Assembly: GCA_050012475.1 (NCBI GenBank) | Contig: JBEKHC010000003.1 | Span: forward strand, 41,454 to 105,453 | Length of the DNA: 64,000 bases | Direction: 5' to 3' | Origin: Candidatus Velthaea sp. | Lineage (GTDB): Bacteria > Vulcanimicrobiota > Vulcanimicrobiia > Vulcanimicrobiales > Vulcanimicrobiaceae | Shown: positions 9,589 to 22,413 of the stretch, piece after piece | How positions within the stretch are numbered: the first letter of the stretch is position 1 | How the letters are laid out: each line of letters opens with the position of its first letter | Made by a program: the position numbers and the translations under genes | Notes under the pieces: generated by a model | Databases searched by the model: none | Seen by the model: the letters and a program-made list of their open reading frames with translations, nothing else | Told to the model about the DNA's origin: nothing

Positions 9589-11928
9589 TCACCCCACGGC
9601 GAAGCGGCGGAACATCGCCAGCTTCACGGTATCGAGCAGGAACGCAAACGCCGTTGCCGCGACGAACAGCCCGGCGATGATCGCGAGCGGCAGCGCGTGC
9701 ATGAGGATGCCCCGTGCGGCAAGGATGGCGACGATACCGGCGTCGGCAACCGAGGATGCCAAAAGCCAGCGACTCGGCAGAGAACTCCAAAGATGATCTC
9801 GCTCGCGCACAACGTACAACACCGCTTGACCGCTGAAAACCAGCGTCACTACAGCGAATGTCTGCAATGCCGGCGTGCTCAGCGAGAAGGCGACCTTTCC
9901 CATCACGAGGCAGGCGATGCAGAAAACGAGGTCGGCCGCGCCCATTGCGGTCCCGGCAAGCGTGAGATTTCGGATGTGCCAGACGCTCGGCTTCGATGAC
10001 GGACGCACGTTATCGGTCGACGACGACATGGCGAGAAAATCTCCGATAACCATCATCAACACCATGAGCGTCGGCGTGAGGATCGCGTGCCCGGTGAGGA
10101 TCAGCCCGGCCGCCAAGAACAGCACCTGATTGATCTTGTGCGTGATCGACCGCAGCGTGTAGGTGAGAATCCGCTGGAACGTCGTTCGCCCCTCGGTAAC
10201 CGCGGCGACGACGCCGCCCAGACCCGGTTCCGTGAGCACGATACCGGCAGCCGACTTCGCGACGTCGGTTGCCGTCGATACGGCGATCCCCATCTGGGCT
10301 TGGCGCAAGGCGGGAGCGTCGTTTGCGCCGTCGCCGCCGACGCCGACGATATGACCATCCTTTTGCAGCGCCTTGACGAGAAAGAACTTGTCCTCCGGCA
10401 GCACGCCGGCAAAGATCGCGAACGTTTCGGCTCGCAGATCGTGCGGCAGCGGCGTCGTTGCCGACATCGCACCGGTGATGCCCACCGCACTCGCTACGAA
10501 TCGTGCGGTCGCCGGCGCATCGCCCGTGACCATGACGGTCCGAACCCCGAGTGCGGCTAATTGCGCGACGAGCGCGGCCGCGTCGTCGCGCGGCGGATCG
10601 CTCAAGGCGATGAGGCCGGCGAGCGCGAGTTGGCCATGCGGTCCGGCGGCGACGGCAAGGACGCGACCGCCGCTCGCCTCGAGCTTGCCGACGAGCGCCA
10701 GCGCCGCAGCGTCGCTTTTCGCCCGGTCGGCGACGACGGAGAAGGCGCCCTTGACGACCTGCAGCACGGCGCCGCTCGCTTCGCGCACGATTGCTTCCGA
10801 ACGTTTGCGTTGCGGATCGAACGGGACGAAGGAGACGAGTGCCGGCTCGTCGTTCGGGGATGCGCGCAATGCACAACTGCGAACGGCAGCGTCGACGGGA
10901 TCCGCGCCGCTCACGGAACTTGCCAGAGCTGCCAGCGCGAGGACGTGCGCTTCGTCGAACGGCGCGAACGCGTGCACGGAGATGACGGCGAGTTCGTTAC
11001 GCGTCAGCGTTCCGGTTTTGTCCGAGCAGAAGACGTCGATGCCTGCCGCTTCGTCGACTGCCGACAAACGCGTCGGCAAGACGCCGCGGCTGGCCAGCGA
11101 TCGGGCGCCGATCGCCGCTGCGAGCGTGAACATCGACGGCAGCGCAACCGGGATCGACGCGAGGACCGCGACGAGCACGAGCGGGATGATCTCGGTGCGC
11201 GGCATCGGTGACAGCAGCGCGTACGCCGTCAGCATCACGGTCACCGCACCGTTGAAGATCACTAGGTTGCGGACCACGCCGAAGATGGTTTTCTGCTGCG
11301 TGCTCTCGACGGCGGCCGTCCGAATGAGCTCGGCCGTGCGGCCGAATTTGGTGCGTTCGCCGGTCGCCGACACCAGGGCCAGCGCCGCACCGCGGCGCAC
11401 CAGTGCGCCCGCGTACGCATCGAAGCCCGGTCCGGCCTCGACCGGCAGCGACTCCCCGGTGAGCATGGACTCATCGATGAGGACTGCTCCCGAGAGCAGC
11501 CGGACGTCGGCGGGGACGACGGCGCCCAGGGTGAGATTCACCACGTCGCCCGCCACCAGATCGGCAGCCGGCAAGGTGATCCACCGTCCGTCACGCTTCA
11601 CGGGCGCGTTGAGCGCCAGGCGCGACTTGAGCGCATCGAGCGTGGCCTGCGAGCGCGTCTCTTGAATGACGCTCAGCGCGGCATTGAACACCAGCAGCAG
11701 CGCGATGACTGCCGCCTCCGGGTAGTCGTGCAGCCCGAGCGCAAGCAGAATCGCGGCCTCGAGCATCCAGGGTATCGGCGCCCACAACTTCTCGAGGGCA
11801 CGCCGAAGCGGCTGCGGCGCTACGTCGACGATTGCGTTCGCACCACCATGCGCGAGGCGCGTGCGCGCTTCGCCCGCCGTCAACCCGGCTGCGGGGTCGG
11901 AGGCGGATCGCTCGTCAGACGTAATCAC
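9589..11928 (-). CDS. Type IIIA plasma-membrane proton-efflux P-type ATPase (copy 1)
   Basis: WAPIPWMLE, TGES, IPVALP, SDKTGTLT, PFDP, GDGANDAPAL; TM6 Asp in GDF. Confidence 0.88.
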   Translation of the reverse strand: MITSDERSASDPAAGLTAGEARTRLAHGGANAIVDVAPQPLRRALEKLWAPIPWMLEAAILLALGLHDYPEAAVIALLLVFNAALSVIQETRSQATLDALKSRLALNAPVKRDGRWITLPAADLVAGDVVNLTLGAVVPADVRLLSGAVLIDESMLTGESLPVEAGPGFDAYAGALVRRGAALALVSATGERTKFGRTAELIRTAAVESTQQKTIFGVVRNLVIFNGAVTVMLTAYALLSPMPRTEIIPLVLVAVLASIPVALPSMFTLAAAIGARSLASRGVLPTRLSAVDEAAGIDVFCSDKTGTLTRNELAVISVHAFAPFDEAHVLALAALASSVSGADPVDAAVRSCALRASPNDEPALVSFVPFDPQRKRSEAIVREASGAVLQVVKGAFSVVADRAKSDAAALALVGKLEASGGRVLAVAAGPHGQLALAGLIALSDPPRDDAAALVAQLAALGVRTVMVTGDAPATARFVASAVGITGAMSATTPLPHDLRAETFAIFAGVLPEDKFFLVKALQKDGHIVGVGGDGANDAPALRQAQMGIAVSTATDVAKSAAGIVLTEPGLGGVVAAVTEGRTTFQRILTYTLRSITHKINQVLFLAAGLILTGHAILTPTLMVLMMVIGDFLAMSSSTDNVRPSSKPSVWHIRNLTLAGTAMGAADLVFCIACLVMGKVAFSLSTPALQTFAVVTLVFSGQAVLYVVRERDHLWSSLPSRWLLASSVADAGIVAILAARGILMHALPLAIIAGLFVAATAFAFLLDTVKLAMFRRFAVG

Positions 11929-12012
11929 GGCGATGCCGCCTCACCGGCGGAACCGGCGGCAGTCAACAAGAGCCGCGCGCAGGCGCCGATCGTCGGTTGC
12001 ATGATTGTTGCG

Positions 12013-12058
12013 ACTTTAGCACCCGGCGAACGTGACCGGCAATCGTGAAAATGGCGGA
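12013..12058 (-). promoter_or_regulatory. Regulon promoter copy 3 (drives ATPase-ackA)
   Basis: Minus strand tccgccatt-TTCACGAT...TGC-TAAAGT; 25-nt spacing after TTCACG. Confidence 0.6.
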
Positions 12059-12100
12059 TCGGGGCGTTCGCATCAGTGCGCCGGCAACGGCCGAACGAGG

Positions 12101-12145
12101 TCCATGTATTTCACGATACCCTCTCGACCTGCGCTGCGCTACAAT
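12101..12145 (+). promoter_or_regulatory. Regulon promoter copy 4 (drives slipin to xfp operon)
   Basis: tccatgtat-TTCACG-24 nt-TACAAT (12140-12145). Confidence 0.7.
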
Positions 12146-12248
12146 TGCCGTGTCGCCGATCGACGGCCCCGTCCTCCGGCTGTTTCTCTCTCGCGCCCGT
12201 CGGACAGAAGTAGCCGAATCGTCGAGCGTTTGCGCCGAAGGGTTGTCC

Positions 12249-13070
12249 ATGTTCACGCTCGCAGGTCTGTTAGGCCCGTTCGCTCTCATCATCCTCGTTT
12301 TTATTCTCGTCAATGCGTCGGTGCGCGTGTTGCGCCAGTACGAGCGTGGCGTCATGTTCACCCTCGGACGCTTCTCCAGCGTCCGCGGGCCAGGTTTGAT
12401 CTTTCTGGTTCCCTACATCCAGCAGATCGTGCGCGTCGACTTGCGGACCGTCGTGATGGAAGTCCCGAGTCAGGACCTCATCTCGCGCGACAATGTCTCG
12501 GTCAAGGTCGACGCCGTGCTCTATTTCCACGTCGTCGATCCCGAGAAAGCCGTCATCGCGGTCGAACAGTATGCCGCAGCGACGAGCATGCTGGCGCAGA
12601 CGACGCTGCGCTCCGTCCTCGGGCAGCACGAACTCGACGAAATGCTCTCCAAGCGGGCTACGCTCAATACCGACATCCAGGATATCCTCGATTCGCGCAC
12701 CGAGGAGTGGGGGATCGAAGTGACCGCCGTCGAGATTCGCGACGTGCAGCTGACCGACAATATGGTCAAAGCCATTGCAAAGCAAGCCGAAGCCGAGCGC
12801 GACCGGCGCGCGAAAATCATCCACGCCGACGCGGAATTCCAAGCCTCGCAAACGTTGGTGAACGCGGCCAAGATCCTAGCTTCCGTTCCGGCCGCGATGC
12901 AGCTTCGCTATCTGCAGACCCTCTCGGAAATCGGCGGTGAGAACAACTCGACCGTGATCTTCCCGATGCCGCTCGACATCATCAAGCCATTCTTGGACAT
13001 CGCGAACAAAGACGCGGCGGCGGCCGCGGCTGCGGCGGCGAACAACAACCTGAAGCTGCCGGTGCTATGA
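12249..13070 (+). CDS. Slipin/stomatin-like SPFH (band 7) protein
   Basis: N-terminal TM, QYERGVMFTLGRF, RVDLRT, QDLISRDNVSVKVDAV, AQTTLRSVLG, QAEAERDRRAKII. Confidence 0.92.
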   Translation: MFTLAGLLGPFALIILVFILVNASVRVLRQYERGVMFTLGRFSSVRGPGLIFLVPYIQQIVRVDLRTVVMEVPSQDLISRDNVSVKVDAVLYFHVVDPEKAVIAVEQYAAATSMLAQTTLRSVLGQHELDEMLSKRATLNTDIQDILDSRTEEWGIEVTAVEIRDVQLTDNMVKAIAKQAEAERDRRAKIIHADAEFQASQTLVNAAKILASVPAAMQLRYLQTLSEIGGENNSTVIFPMPLDIIKPFLDIANKDAAAAAAAAANNNLKLPVL

Positions 13071-13534
13071 CGCTTGCCGGGCCGGCCCCGGGACGCGATG
13101 ACTTCTTGACCCGCACGACGCTGCAACTGGACGAAGGCCTCTCGCTGCCCTCGGTCGCTGGGCTCATCAAAACGCTGCAGCGCGTCCCGGGGGTCTTGCT
13201 GGCCGAGATCGCCGCGGGCAGCGCCCGCGCGGTCGTCGCGCACGACGCCGCCGTGCCTGGCGCGTCGCTGCTGGCGGCCGCCGCACGCGCCGGCGTGCAC
13301 GCGACGATCGTGGCCGACACGCGCCCGCCGGTTGCACCGGTCGAAACGGCTGCGCCGCCCGCACTGTCGCGCGACCGACGCATCTTTGCGCTCGCAGCAG
13401 CACTGCTCTTCCTCTTGGCGCTCGGCGAGGCCGTCTTTCCCCGGCTTACGAGCAATCACTATTTGCTGCCGGTGCTGCTCTCGTCGCTCTGGGCGTTCGT
13501 CATCGCGCGCATGTTGTTCAAGCGGCGGAAGTAG
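13067..13534 (+). CDS. HMA-like ferredoxin-fold domain with two C-terminal TM helices; no CxxC
   Basis: LIKTLQRVPGVLLAEI...AVVAHD resembles the HMA fold; ATGA overlap with slipin. Confidence 0.6.
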   Translation: MTLAGPAPGRDDFLTRTTLQLDEGLSLPSVAGLIKTLQRVPGVLLAEIAAGSARAVVAHDAAVPGASLLAAAARAGVHATIVADTRPPVAPVETAAPPALSRDRRIFALAAALLFLLALGEAVFPRLTSNHYLLPVLLSSLWAFVIARMLFKRRK

Positions 13535-13595
13535 CATTCGCTCACCGCCGCGCGTCCCGGCTTCTCAAACACCAGCTCTTCGCAAGGAATTGACC

Positions 13596-14675
13596 ATGCC
13601 GACCATCTCACCGGGCATCGAATTTGAAGTGACGCGTCTGGGCGCGATCATGCGCCCGCAAGCGGGCGCGCCGCACGAAGCCTGGGGCGTCCTCAATCCG
13701 GGCGGCGTTCGTTCCGCGGACGGTACGATGCATCTCTTCCCGCGGCTGATCGCCGAAGGGAACTATTCGCGGATCGGCCACGCACGCGTTCTTTTCGACG
13801 GTGAGAACCCGGTGAACGTGGAACGGCTGGGGCTCGCCCTCGAGCCGCACGAGTCCTATGAAGTCAGCGCCGGTGGCGGCGGCGTCGAGGATCCGCGCGT
13901 CGTGTACGTGCCGCTGCTCGAACGTTATGTGATGACGTATACGGCATTCGTCCCGTACGAGCCGCGTGTCGCCATCGCCGTTTCCGAGGATCTCCAGACC
14001 TGGCAGCGACTCGGTGTGTTGCGCTTCGCGGTGAAACCCGGTGCAGCGGATCTCAACAAATGCGGCAATAAGGACGCGGCGCTCTTTCCCGATGTCATCT
14101 CGGATCCCAAGGGCGTCCCGTCGCTGGGGATCTTGCACCGGCCGACGACGCGAATGCACTTTCGCCGCCATCATAAGGGCACGGCGGTCACCAAGCCTCC
14201 GAGCGGCGACGAGACCCAAGAGAACATCTGCATCTCCTATATCCCAGTCGATGCGGTTCTCGCCGACATCGGAAACCTGACCGCGGTGCGGCGCCACGAA
14301 CGCGTTCTCGCACCCGAGCAGCCGTGGGAAATGCAGAAAGTCGGAACCGGCGCCCCGCCCGTCCGGCTTCCATACGGTTGGGTGCTGCCGTATCATGCGG
14401 TCTCGGCTCCCGGCGGGCGCTCGCGCTATTGCATGGGGATCGCAATTCTCGATCTGCAGCGGCCGGCGCGGGTGCTCTACCGCACGCCGCTGCCGGTCCT
14501 CGAGCCGGAAACGGACTACGAGTGCAACGGCCTCGTCGACGATGTCGTCTTTCCCTCAGCGACCGATCTGCGCGCCGACGGAGCCCTCGACGTGTACTAC
14601 GGCGCAGCGGATCACGTGATCGCCGCGGCGCGCGTCACCTTGCCACGCGACTTCCCCGCTTCGGCGTCGAAATGA
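13596..14675 (+). CDS. Glycoside hydrolase family 130 (PH1107-like) glycosidase/phosphorylase
   Basis: VLNPG, GVEDPRV, YVMTYTAF, NKDAALFP, LHRP, WEMQKVGTGAPP, VVFP, YYGAAD; AAGGA RBS. Confidence 0.85.
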   Translation: MPTISPGIEFEVTRLGAIMRPQAGAPHEAWGVLNPGGVRSADGTMHLFPRLIAEGNYSRIGHARVLFDGENPVNVERLGLALEPHESYEVSAGGGGVEDPRVVYVPLLERYVMTYTAFVPYEPRVAIAVSEDLQTWQRLGVLRFAVKPGAADLNKCGNKDAALFPDVISDPKGVPSLGILHRPTTRMHFRRHHKGTAVTKPPSGDETQENICISYIPVDAVLADIGNLTAVRRHERVLAPEQPWEMQKVGTGAPPVRLPYGWVLPYHAVSAPGGRSRYCMGIAILDLQRPARVLYRTPLPVLEPETDYECNGLVDDVVFPSATDLRADGALDVYYGAADHVIAAARVTLPRDFPASASK

Positions 14676-14688
14676 AAGACGGCGTGCC

Positions 14689-17214
<2,526 letters not shown>

Positions 17215-17264
17215 ACCTTGGCGCGTTCCCCGCACGCACTTACTCCAGAGAAAGAACGTTTACT

Positions 17265-19853
17265 ATGCGCACAGCCAAACCACCGACGACATCCGAAAAC
17301 AACGGCAATTCCGCACCGCTCGCGAAGATTGCACCCAACGGCAACCGGACAGCAACCTTCGACTTCGACGTTGCGCTGTCGACGGCGGTTGCGGCCAACG
17401 GCTCGCCCCATGCGCCGCAGCCGGTCCCCGCTGGACCGCTTGCGCCCGATCTGCTCGATAAGATCCATCGCTACTGGCGTGCCGCGAACTATCTTTGCAT
17501 CGGCCAGATCTATTTGTTCGAGAACCCGCTGCTGCGCGAGCCGCTCAAAGCCGAACAGATCAAACCGCGCCTGCTCGGGCACTGGGGCACGTCACCAGGA
17601 CAAAATCTGATCTACGTTCACCTCAATCGGCTCATCAAAGAGCACGACGCGAACGTTATCTACATCTCGGGCCCCGGACACGGCGGCCCCTCGCTCAACG
17701 CGAACTCCTATCTCGAGGGCTCCTACACGGAGGTCCATCCCGAGATCACGCTCGACGAGGACGGTCTGCGTCTCATGTTCCGCAAGTTCTCGACGCCGGG
17801 CGGCGTCCCCAGTCATTGCGGACCGCACGTTCCCAACTCGATGCACGAAGGCGGCGAACTCGGCTACTCGCTCGTCCACGCCTTCGGCGCGGCGTTCGAC
17901 AACCCGGATTTGATCGTCGCGTGCGTGATCGGCGACGGCGAATCCGAAACCTGTCCGCTCGAGGGGAGCTGGAAGTCAAATAGCTTTCTCAACCCCGTGC
18001 ACGACGGAGCCGTGCTGCCCATCTTGCACTTGAACGGCTATAAGATCTCCGGACCGACGGTCCAAGCCCGAACCAACGACGACGACTTGCGCGCGCTGTA
18101 CGTCGGACGCGGCTACAAGCCGTATTTCGTCGAAGGTGACGAGCCGCTCGTCGTGCACCAGCTCTTCGCGGCCGCACTCGATGCTTGCTATGCCGACATT
18201 CGGACGATCCAGCGCACCGCACGCGAGCACGGCTTCGACAAGCAGCCGGCTTGGCCGATGATCGTGCTGCGCACGCCCAAAGGCTGGACCTGCCCCAAAG
18301 AAGTGGACGGCATTCCGATCGAAGGCACATTCCGCGCGCACCAAGTGCCGCTCGCCGGCGTTCGCGAGAATCCCGACCACCTCAAGATCCTCGAGTCGTG
18401 GATGAAGAGTTACAAAGCGCAGGAGCTCTTCGACGAACAGGGCAGATTCATCGCGGAATTGGCGGCCTTGGCTCCGGCCGGCAACCGCCGCATGGGCGGC
18501 AACCCGCACGTCAACGGCGGCCGGCTGCTCAACGCGCTCGACCTGCCCGACTTTACCGATTACGCGCTCGACATTCCCGGCCCGGGCCAAGTCATCGCCG
18601 AAGCACCGCGCAAACTGGGCGACTTCTTCGCTGACATCTTCCGCCGCAACAAGACCAACTTTCTCATGTTCTGTCCCGACGAGACGAACTCGAATCGGTT
18701 GAACTCGGTGCTCGAGGCAACGAACCGTCGCTTCATGGCCCAAACCGTTTCGATCGATGACCAGCTCAGCCCCGACGGGCGCGTGCTCGAAGTGTTGAGC
18801 GAGCATTGTTGCGAGGGCTGGCTCGAGGGCTACTTGTTGACCGGACGCCATGGTTTGTGGTCGTCGTATGAAGCGTTCGCGCAGGTCGTCGACTCGATGC
18901 TGACCCAGCATGCGAAATGGCTCGAACAGTGCCGCGACTTTCCCTGGCGCAAATCGCTCGCGTCGCTCAACGTCCTGCTCACCAGCCATGCCTGGCGCAA
19001 CGATCACAATGGTTTCAGCCATCAGGCTACCGGATTCGTCGACAACGCCTTAGCCCGCCGCAGCGAAACCATTCGCGTCTACTATCCGCCCGACAGCAAT
19101 TGCCTGCTGAGCGTCTTCGACCATTGCCTGCGCAGCCGAAACAAAGTCAACATCGTTACCTGCGGTAAGCAGCCGCAACTGCAGTGGCTGACCATGGACG
19201 AAGCGCTCGAACATTGCTCACGCGGCGCATCGACCTGGAAATTTGCGACCAACGACGGCGGGGCTGAGCCGGACGTCGTCCTGGCTTGCGCCGGCGACGT
19301 ACCGACGATCGAGACGTGTGCGACCGCCTGGCTACTGCAGAAATACGTTCCCGGCATCAAAGTGCGCGTCGTGAACGTGGTGGACCTAAGCGCGCTCATG
19401 AGCCCGAACGACCATCCGCACGGCATGGACAACATGTCCTTCAACGACCTCTTCACCACGAGCGCGCCGGTCATCTTCGCTTTCCATAACAACCGCTGGC
19501 TGATCCATTCGATGGTTCACGGACGCGCGAACGAGGCACGCTTCCACGTGCGCGGCTACATGGATCGCGGGACGACGACCACCCCCTTCGATATGGTGGT
19601 GCTCAACGAGATGAGCCGCTACCATCTCGCCATCGACGCGCTCAACCAAATTCCGCGGCTGCGTTCGGAAGCATCGACCGTCATCGAAATGTTCCGCGCC
19701 AAGCTCTTCGAGCACACCGCGTATATTCAGGAACACCTCGAAGACATGCCCGAGATCCGCAATTGGCACTGGACGGCCGATTTCAGCGAACCGGGCTCGC
19801 CGCCGCCGCTCGCCAAGGGACATCCTCGCGCCGCCTTATTCAGTGATAGCTGA
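17265..19853 (+). CDS. xfp: Phosphoketolase (xylulose-5-P/fructose-6-P)
   Basis: [65 protein letters not shown]. Confidence 0.95.
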   Translation: MRTAKPPTTSENNGNSAPLAKIAPNGNRTATFDFDVALSTAVAANGSPHAPQPVPAGPLAPDLLDKIHRYWRAANYLCIGQIYLFENPLLREPLKAEQIKPRLLGHWGTSPGQNLIYVHLNRLIKEHDANVIYISGPGHGGPSLNANSYLEGSYTEVHPEITLDEDGLRLMFRKFSTPGGVPSHCGPHVPNSMHEGGELGYSLVHAFGAAFDNPDLIVACVIGDGESETCPLEGSWKSNSFLNPVHDGAVLPILHLNGYKISGPTVQARTNDDDLRALYVGRGYKPYFVEGDEPLVVHQLFAAALDACYADIRTIQRTAREHGFDKQPAWPMIVLRTPKGWTCPKEVDGIPIEGTFRAHQVPLAGVRENPDHLKILESWMKSYKAQELFDEQGRFIAELAALAPAGNRRMGGNPHVNGGRLLNALDLPDFTDYALDIPGPGQVIAEAPRKLGDFFADIFRRNKTNFLMFCPDETNSNRLNSVLEATNRRFMAQTVSIDDQLSPDGRVLEVLSEHCCEGWLEGYLLTGRHGLWSSYEAFAQVVDSMLTQHAKWLEQCRDFPWRKSLASLNVLLTSHAWRNDHNGFSHQATGFVDNALARRSETIRVYYPPDSNCLLSVFDHCLRSRNKVNIVTCGKQPQLQWLTMDEALEHCSRGASTWKFATNDGGAEPDVVLACAGDVPTIETCATAWLLQKYVPGIKVRVVNVVDLSALMSPNDHPHGMDNMSFNDLFTTSAPVIFAFHNNRWLIHSMVHGRANEARFHVRGYMDRGTTTTPFDMVVLNEMSRYHLAIDALNQIPRLRSEASTVIEMFRAKLFEHTAYIQEHLEDMPEIRNWHWTADFSEPGSPPPLAKGHPRAALFSDS

Positions 19854-20032
19854 AACGATCGTAAGCGGCGCTTCCGGGAGGAGCGCCGTCCAGGCCCTAC
19901 GTTCGACATGTGCTACGGACATGCTACCTTCGAGCGGACACCCACAAGGGCACGTAGCCGCAAGCTTCCGAAGGAACGGAGCCGAGCAACGCGCGAACCG
20001 CGCTGCCCGCGAGACGCTCGGTCACGACGCTT

Positions 20033-20407
20033 TCAGCGTTCCGCGTTTACCTGACGAAGGCGGGCGTCAGCGAGCTTTACCGCGGAATCGAGACGCTCGA
20101 ACTCCTCGCGCGCCCCGGCCGGACTCGTCGGTACGTTTCGATTGTCGATCGAACAAACATTCGCCGTAATATCTTCTATGGGCGTTAGGTTTTTCATCGC
20201 TTGCCGGCGGCGCCTATTCGCATCCAGCCGGCGCATCTGTTTTTTCGAGACGAAGCTGAACTTCTTCGGTGCGGCGTAGATCACCGGCTGATCCGTCACA
20301 TCGACGTGGTTTGGCGTCAGTTTCAGGCTACTTATGTGGCTGACCATCGACTCGGCATCGTGGTCGTCATCTAGGCGCGGTGCAGTATGTACGGCGTCCG
20401 ATGTCAT
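20033..20407 (-). CDS. Hypothetical protein
   Basis: GGAG RBS, ATG 20407, immediately downstream of the 20421-20921 gene. Confidence 0.5.
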   Translation of the reverse strand: MTSDAVHTAPRLDDDHDAESMVSHISSLKLTPNHVDVTDQPVIYAAPKKFSFVSKKQMRRLDANRRRRQAMKNLTPIEDITANVCSIDNRNVPTSPAGAREEFERLDSAVKLADARLRQVNAER

Positions 20408-20420
20408 CAGGTCATCTCCA

Positions 20421-20921
20421 TCAGCAAGAAAAGAGGTGGCGGTCTTTGCGGCCGGCAGTCGTTTCCGCCGACGCACGCTCGACGTGATCGGCGATCGACC
20501 GCAGGAAACCGCAGACGAAACCTCGAGCGACCCGCTTGCCGAGTCCCGCATCGAACACCGCCCCGGCGGCGCCGAAGGGCACCTGGTAGTGTCCAGACAG
20601 AACGAGGCTGAAACGATCGCGGAGCAACGTTCTTTCAACCGCTAACGCACCGGCGAACTCCGGAAACGCGCCGCCGTCGGCGGACGACAAAGCGATGGAA
20701 TAGGTCGGGTGCGAATCGGCCGCCGACGAAAGCGAATAAAACGACGCGACCGCGCGCTGCTCCAGCGCCACTTTCCAGGCCGCGAACATCGTTATCGGCA
20801 AACGCAGCGCGATACTCAGCGAACCGTTCACGTCGCGGTGTTCGGCGACGAACGCCGCCAGACGTTGCGCGGCTTCGTGCTGCGCGCAATGAACGACGAG
20901 CCGCTCGCAGATATCCGGCAT
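20421..20921 (-). CDS. Hypothetical protein, possible SRPBCC/Bet v1-like fold
   Basis: FPEFAGAL...LSGHYQVPFGAAGAVFDAGLGKRVA pattern; RBS before ATG 20921. Confidence 0.7.
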   Translation of the reverse strand: MPDICERLVVHCAQHEAAQRLAAFVAEHRDVNGSLSIALRLPITMFAAWKVALEQRAVASFYSLSSAADSHPTYSIALSSADGGAFPEFAGALAVERTLLRDRFSLVLSGHYQVPFGAAGAVFDAGLGKRVARGFVCGFLRSIADHVERASAETTAGRKDRHLFSC

Positions 20922-21045
20922 TGGAAGGCCCTTCGATCGACCGCGTGACGGCAGCCGCAAACACGTTCGATGATGCCCGTCGGCGCGGAATGCGGCGTGA
21001 TCGCCGGCGGACTCGTGCGGCAGGAGCTGATCGAACGACATGGTT

Positions 21046-21090
21046 AGGATATCATCCAGGCCGCGCCAACCGTATCGTGAAAACAGTGGA
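21046..21090 (-). promoter_or_regulatory. Regulon promoter copy 5
   Basis: Minus strand tccactgtt-TTCACG-24 nt-TATCCT. Confidence 0.65.
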
Positions 21091-21132
21091 TCGCGGGGGC
21101 AACCGCCCTGGGGGTCTTGGTCGAGTCCGCGC

Positions 21133-21876
21133 TTAGGAGCCCCAGGCCGCGGCAGTGGGAACCGGGGTGAGGCGAGCGGCTACTGGGCGCCGACTTGCTG
21201 GAAGCGTGCGCAGCGCGAGCGCAGCGGCGTCGTCGCCGCCGCGCCGAGTCCGAAACACGCGGCGCGCGATCGCGCGGGCAGCATTGAGTTCAGGCAAGCC
21301 GTGCACGACTCGGACCGCTTCGACGAGGTCGGCTTCGCCGCGCACGGGATCCCGCTGATGCTCGGTTATCCCGTCCGTGTAGAACACCACGAGCGCATCC
21401 GCGGGAAGCGCGACCACGTAATCCGCGCCAAGATAGCTGGAGAAAATTCCCAGCGGCAGGTCGGCTGGAGGCTGGTGCAAAAACGCGTGGCCGTCGGCAG
21501 TCAACACCAGCGGCGGCGGATGTCCGGCGTTTGCAAAAGCGAGCGTGCCGAAACGCCGGTCGAGAACGGCGACGATGGCGGTTGCGATCACGCCGTTGAC
21601 GCAGGTGTAGGCAACGTCGTTGAGGACCGCCAGGACGTCCGACGGAATGCGAATCTCGCCGATCGCTCGGAGCGCCGCCGCACGCATCACCGCCATCGCC
21701 TCGGCCACGCTTTCGCCGTGTCCCGAAACGTCGCCGATCGTCAATGCCATGACGTGTTCGGAGAGCGCGAAGGCCTCACACCAGTCTCCACCGCTTTGTG
21801 CGCCGCCTATGGGCGAATTCCAGGCCGTCAAGCTGGCATCGAAAGCGGCAATGCCGCGTTCGCCGTCAGCGATCAC
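21133..21876 (-). CDS. PP2C-type (SpoIIE/RsbU) serine phosphatase, stand-alone
   Basis: GGDWC, IGDVSGHG, NAGHPPP, YTDGITE, DDAA; GTGA overlap with the upstream receiver gene. Confidence 0.88.
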   Translation of the reverse strand: MIADGERGIAAFDASLTAWNSPIGGAQSGGDWCEAFALSEHVMALTIGDVSGHGESVAEAMAVMRAAALRAIGEIRIPSDVLAVLNDVAYTCVNGVIATAIVAVLDRRFGTLAFANAGHPPPLVLTADGHAFLHQPPADLPLGIFSSYLGADYVVALPADALVVFYTDGITEHQRDPVRGEADLVEAVRVVHGLPELNAARAIARRVFRTRRGGDDAAALALRTLPASRRPVAARLTPVPTAAAWGS

Positions 21877-22265
21877 GCGGCGGCAAAACGCGGATCGGTG
21901 TAACAACCGCTATGCAGCGCACTGCGCACGCCGTGCGCCAGTGTGCGTTCGTCAGCGTCTTTCGAGAGGATACAGTTGACTCCGGCGAGGTGGCAAGCCA
22001 CGCCCCAGGTGCTCTTCATGAGATCCGTATACACGGCGATCAGACACTCGGGCAGCACGAACCGGATTTGGCGCAGCAGCTCGAGGGCATCGACCTTCGA
22101 GTGATCGACGTCGCAGATGAGCAAGTTGGGCGCCAGCCGGCCCAACTCGGTTACGTCGAGTCGAGCGATCACCGGGCCAGCGAGGACTCCTGCCATTTGC
22201 AAGGCAGAATCGAACACCGGAACCCTCGTACGGTCGATGCCGGCTAGGCAGCACACGTAAGCCAT
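21873..22265 (-). CDS. Atypical stand-alone receiver (REC) domain protein
   Basis: PNLLICDVD...LELLRQIR...IAVYT...AGVNCILSK follows REC topology; the N-terminal acidic pair is degenerate. Confidence 0.7.
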   Translation of the reverse strand: MAYVCCLAGIDRTRVPVFDSALQMAGVLAGPVIARLDVTELGRLAPNLLICDVDHSKVDALELLRQIRFVLPECLIAVYTDLMKSTWGVACHLAGVNCILSKDADERTLAHGVRSALHSGCYTDPRFAAA

Positions 22266-22413
22266 ACGGAAAACGCTTTCAGGAGTGAACGGGCGCGAAA
22301 CCGAGATCGCGGAAAATACTAGAGCGCGGGGGACCAGTTATCCGGTCGCTGCGCGTCGAACGCTCGATAACTGTACCATCTCGAACGAGGCGAACACATC
22401 GTTAAAAAGGCCG

